A stretch of DNA of 60,648 nucleotides, filler included, from Piptocephalis cylindrospora (lineage: Eukaryota): NCBI GenBank assembly GCA_003614145.1. It is 9 parts of 9 records of this genome, joined end to end, with 100 filler letters (N's around TTAATTAATTAA, not from the genome) between each part and the next. Parts side by side here need not be neighbours in the genome. Positions count along the whole stretch, not along the records: positions 54,065 to 60,648 come from KZ988272.1; 8 more parts are not named here. The stretch is one strand, 5' to 3'. The notes beneath the pieces were generated by a model. It had not been told where the DNA came from, made no database searches, and saw only the letters and a program-made list of their open reading frames with translations. Shown here piece after piece: positions 57,290 to 60,648 of this stretch. The translations under genes were made by a program, and so were the position numbers. How positions within the stretch are numbered: position 1 is the first letter of the stretch; every line of letters begins with the position of its first letter.

Positions 57290-58308
57290 GGGGGGGGGTG
57301 GGACGCACGCGCAGAGAGAGGGAGGGCGGGGGGGAGAAAGGGTGCTCTGTGGGGGGGGTCAGAGAGCGAGAGCACACATGTGAAGAGGTACGACGAAAGT
57401 GTGCAGAGGATGAGGCAGCAGAGAGGGGGGAGAGAGTGGGTGGAGGAGGAGGGAGGGGTAAGAGCACGGGAGTGGCAGTAGGAGGAAGCGGTGGATTGCC
57501 CGGAAGGTCTCACCTGTGGGACTCGGCTACCTCCGTAGTGGGTCGACACACGCCGGTAGCGGCCGAGGCAGTCCGTCGAACCACCAGTGTCTTTGCCTCC
57601 CTGACTTCGGTCATCACGGATCCCCTCAAGCCGCTTTCCTCCCCCACAGATGGTAATGAGGAAGGTAAATGGTCTGGGTGGGGCGGGCCAATACGCCCAC
57701 GCGGGGACTCCCAGGCTACGATTCTGTCCCGGGCCGAGTCTGAATCAGGTTTGGATGCCAGACTTAGACCATCAGCGGCCTGGGGTTTCCTCGGTGGGGG
57801 GAGATGGCGTGATCGGGCAGATAGCGTTGCCAGTGTTGTCAGCACCCCGGCTGCTTATGGAACCTGGCATGCGTCCCAAGAGGAAGATTCTTCCTCTTTG
57901 GTCGAAAATGAGGTGGAGATAGAAGAGGACATGGTGGAGGTGGAGAGACCAGAGAGTACGGAACCATCCTCCCCATCGGTGCCCTTGGAAGATACGACTC
58001 GTGTGGAGATTGAAAAAGAACCAGAGGAAACAGTAGTTAACTCCATCTCACGTTGGTGGGGTGGATGGGGTGGGGGAGGAGAAGATGAACCGGCCAAGAC
58101 GCAGGAACATGTACGAAAGCCTCGAGAAATCCTGGTAGACCAGACGGAGGGTGATGGTGTAGGGAGAAGAGCATCGATGATCCTCAGCCCCATTTCCTCA
58201 TACTTTACCGCACGACCAGTCCGACCTCAAAGCATTCTTGGAATCCCGAGCCTTTTGAATGCTTCTGCAAAGGAGGAGGAGGGCGGAGTTTCTGAGGGCA
58301 CATGGTGA
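55278..58308 (+). CDS. TBC-domain Rab GAP (TBC1D13-like), multi-exon, low-complexity C-terminus
   Basis: FRELCFY|GIPE.PGIRETAWKLLLGLLP; QIRRDVKRT (R finger); ERILYLYARLNPGVGYVQGMN (Q finger); EADAFFCF; VLRIWDSLLAD; FCCAML. The join to ORF 57298-58308 is uncertain. Confidence 0.85.
57241..57283. repeat. (GA)n microsatellite followed by a G-run
   Basis: Pure GA run; other GA tracts near 2900, 8310, 30620 and 40730. Confidence 0.95.
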
Positions 58309-59314
58309 TCCCGATCTCGTTGTTCTCATAACCCTTATTGAATGCACTGTATCTCAATCTTTCGTTTCTGTTAAATGCGTAAATCGTTTGTAAGCAACGT
58401 GATGTTTGTGTGTCATTTTTGTGGTGGTGCTTAATCCGTGTTGAGTCACCACTCTTCTACTTATCCCTCGTTCATTGAGACGCGTATATTCCATGTCTGT
58501 GAAGTGGCTTTTTACCCGGTTCTGTTATTGCGATTCCCATTAAACTATCATCCTGTTTTATTCTTGATTCATCCCATTTTATTATTCGTATCACCTGGAC
58601 TGAATGGGCTGATCGAGGCCGTGTGATGATTCCCCGCCCCCTAGCTTAACGGTAGCGCAGTGCGTACGGCCACACATATTATTGAATACGCGTCCTCTCT
58701 CAAGGTAGGTATCCATCCATCATCACTCCAATTTCGAGGGTAAATGCCAACATAAAATACCATCATCCATCCAGGTCAATCTGGGTGCTGTCTTGCGGCC
58801 TTAGTACAAGGGCTACCCTAATCATCCATCTCCACACATACCTTATCCTCTCTCATAAAAAGGGCCCTGTTGGAAAGGGATCCCCACCATAGCGTGTGTG
58901 TATTAAGCCTTGCCCACACTGAATAATAGGGTCACCCTCTCTGAGATCACACTGAGTAGGCCTTGTTCTACTCATCGCTTCTCCCGCTCATCAACCAACT
59001 CTCCTCATTGTGTGTCCACTCCCCCTCTTAACTCCTCCCCAGACACCGAAATACAACCAGCCATCCTATTTCCTCTATCAAACCCGACCAGCGCCTAACC
59101 AAGCTAGTCCAACCTGACTCAGTCCTCCCTCTTCCCCCACCCCCTCATCTTTCCCTCCTTCTCCTATTCCTACCTACCGTCATCACCACGGGTTGTTGGA
59201 AAGGACATATCCCGTCCTCGCTGTCAAGTATTCACCTCTTCCTCCACCTCACCCTGCCCTTCCTCCCCCACCTTCTCCTATCTTTCCTCCTCCCTTTCCC
59301 CTCCCTTCCTACTC

Positions 59315-60648
59315 ATGTCCATTCCCATGGCTGACTCCTCCAACTCGACCTCGGACTCCGCAGTCCCGATCAAGAGTATCTCGGAAAAGAATAGCACATC
59401 CGCGGAGCCCTCCTCCAACTCAGAGATTGCAACATCTTCCTCTTCCATCGCCGACGGCCTCCTCTCATCTGAAAACGCCTCGACTGATGACGCAGATCTC
59501 CCCACCTCCGATAAGCTCATGGCCTCTGCCACTGCCGATGACTCCTCCAAAGGTAAGTGAGAAAAGGAAAGGATCCCCTTATTCCTCCTCAAATCGGATA
59601 TTCCAATATTTGTTGACATTACCAGGGGGTGACGCGTACGATGCCAAGAGCACCCCCTCTTGGACGCGTTCTGTGATCCCCCTCTTCAAGGCCACTCTAC
59701 TCCCTTGTTGACATATCGTCTTTTCCCTTTCTTCACTCACATACATCTTGCAATTTCCACACCCTATCCACAGAGATGGCCAATGAACTCCAAGTGACCA
59801 CCACCAGCACTGCTTCCAAGGGAAATGACGGGAAGGCACTAAAGCAAGAACCTTTCGCTGGAGCGGCAAAGGATGAAGAGGATACTAAGACAGAAGAAGA
59901 GGAGGAAGAGGATGTGGCTGAGGATGAGTACATTGTCGAGGCCATCCTGGATGTCCGAAAGCGTCCCAGAGGCAAGAAGGAGTACTTGATCAAATGGAAA
60001 GGTTACGATGACCCCAATGACAACACCTGGGAGGCCGAGGATAACGTGTAAGCTTATTGTAATCCAGAGGAGATAATGGTGGTTCAGAGGGATACAGTCC
60101 ATCTCACCATCCCCCCGCCTCTGTCTTCAGGTTTGCTGACGAACTCCTTGCCGAGTTCTGGAGAATCAAGAGGGAATCCGCCGCTTCAGTCCCCCCCTCC
60201 CGAACCAAGGCTGCACCCACCACGACCACCTCGAAGCGCGATGGAACTGCCGGTCGTGCGGGCCATAATGGGGTCAAGCGTGCTCGAAAGGACACAGAGA
60301 CAGATTGGCCCTTGGAGAGCACTGATTGGGAGAAGGATGTGGACAAGGTGGAGACAGTGATGCGAAGCAATGTCGGTGAGCTTCTTGTCTATCTCGTTTG
60401 GTAAGGGACAAGATGGGATGAGGAGTGAAAGGATGTAACGTGGACTAATGAGTCACATCATCTCATTTCCCACTTATAGGAAGGATGGAACAACCTCGGT
60501 CCATTTGAATACCGAGGTGAATTCTAAATGTCCTCTCATTGTAAGTATAGCAACATCATCTTGCCTCTCTCTCTCTCTCTTTCTCTCCCTCCTTCCTCAC
60601 GCCCACTTGTTTTAACTTAGATGATCAAATTTTACGAGAACCATCTCC
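59315..60648 (+). CDS. HP1/Swi6-like chromodomain + chromoshadow protein, multi-exon, 3' end just truncated
   Basis: [13 protein letters not shown]...[33 protein letters not shown] (aromatic cage Y/W/Y intact); chromoshadow [11 protein letters not shown]...LLVYLVW|KDG...[14 protein letters not shown]. Confidence 0.9.

Noticed and set aside
58660..58780. 5S rRNA-like start (GCGTACGGCCACAC)
   Set aside because: Similarity stops after ~14 nt; no internal A/C boxes or 3' complementary stem.
5206..59670. ACGCGT (MCB-like) sites near RPS2, ARP1 and HP1
   Set aside because: About nine sites seen, no more than expected for a 6-mer in 60 kb; enrichment cannot be shown.

Overview
Eukaryotic (fungal) genomic DNA, not one continuous locus. 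The window is nine contigs of steadily decreasing length (6716, 6711, 6695, 6667, 6656, 6624, 6605, 6590 and 6584 bp), joined by eight artificial 100-bp linkers (N44-TTAATTAATTAA-N44), so adjacency across a linker has no biological meaning. Genes have short GT-AG introns, and (GA)n/(CA)n and poly-C/G tracts are common. Gene content and style suggest an early-diverging fungus, for example Zoopagomycota such as Piptocephalis; this is inference and was not verified. Recognisable genes: NOB1 (partial), a GCK-III/STK24-like kinase, RPS2 (partial), ESF1, ARP1, an FHA+forkhead factor, BRR6/BRL1 (partial), ATG15, a DOCK GEF (partial), TPS2, an RSPRY1-like protein (partial), a HAD 'Swiss-army-knife' phosphatase, NMA111, EDC3, a HAM1-like protein, dynein heavy chain (partial), a TBC1D13-like GAP and HP1/Swi6 (partial). 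Most notable: (1) a tandem pair of intronless secreted proteins sharing a ricin-B-like 4-Cys domain under strong purifying selection, one carrying His/Gly/Tyr and Pro/Thr/Glu repeat arrays; (2) a decayed, intronless, bacterial-type beta-helix (pectate-lyase-like) gene; (3) a 48-bp non-coding element found nearly identically in two unlinked divergent promoters; (4) a long, structured 5'-UTR intron in RPS2. No tRNA, rRNA, CRISPR or intact transposon was recognised by eye. All family assignments come from recalled motifs; no database search was run.
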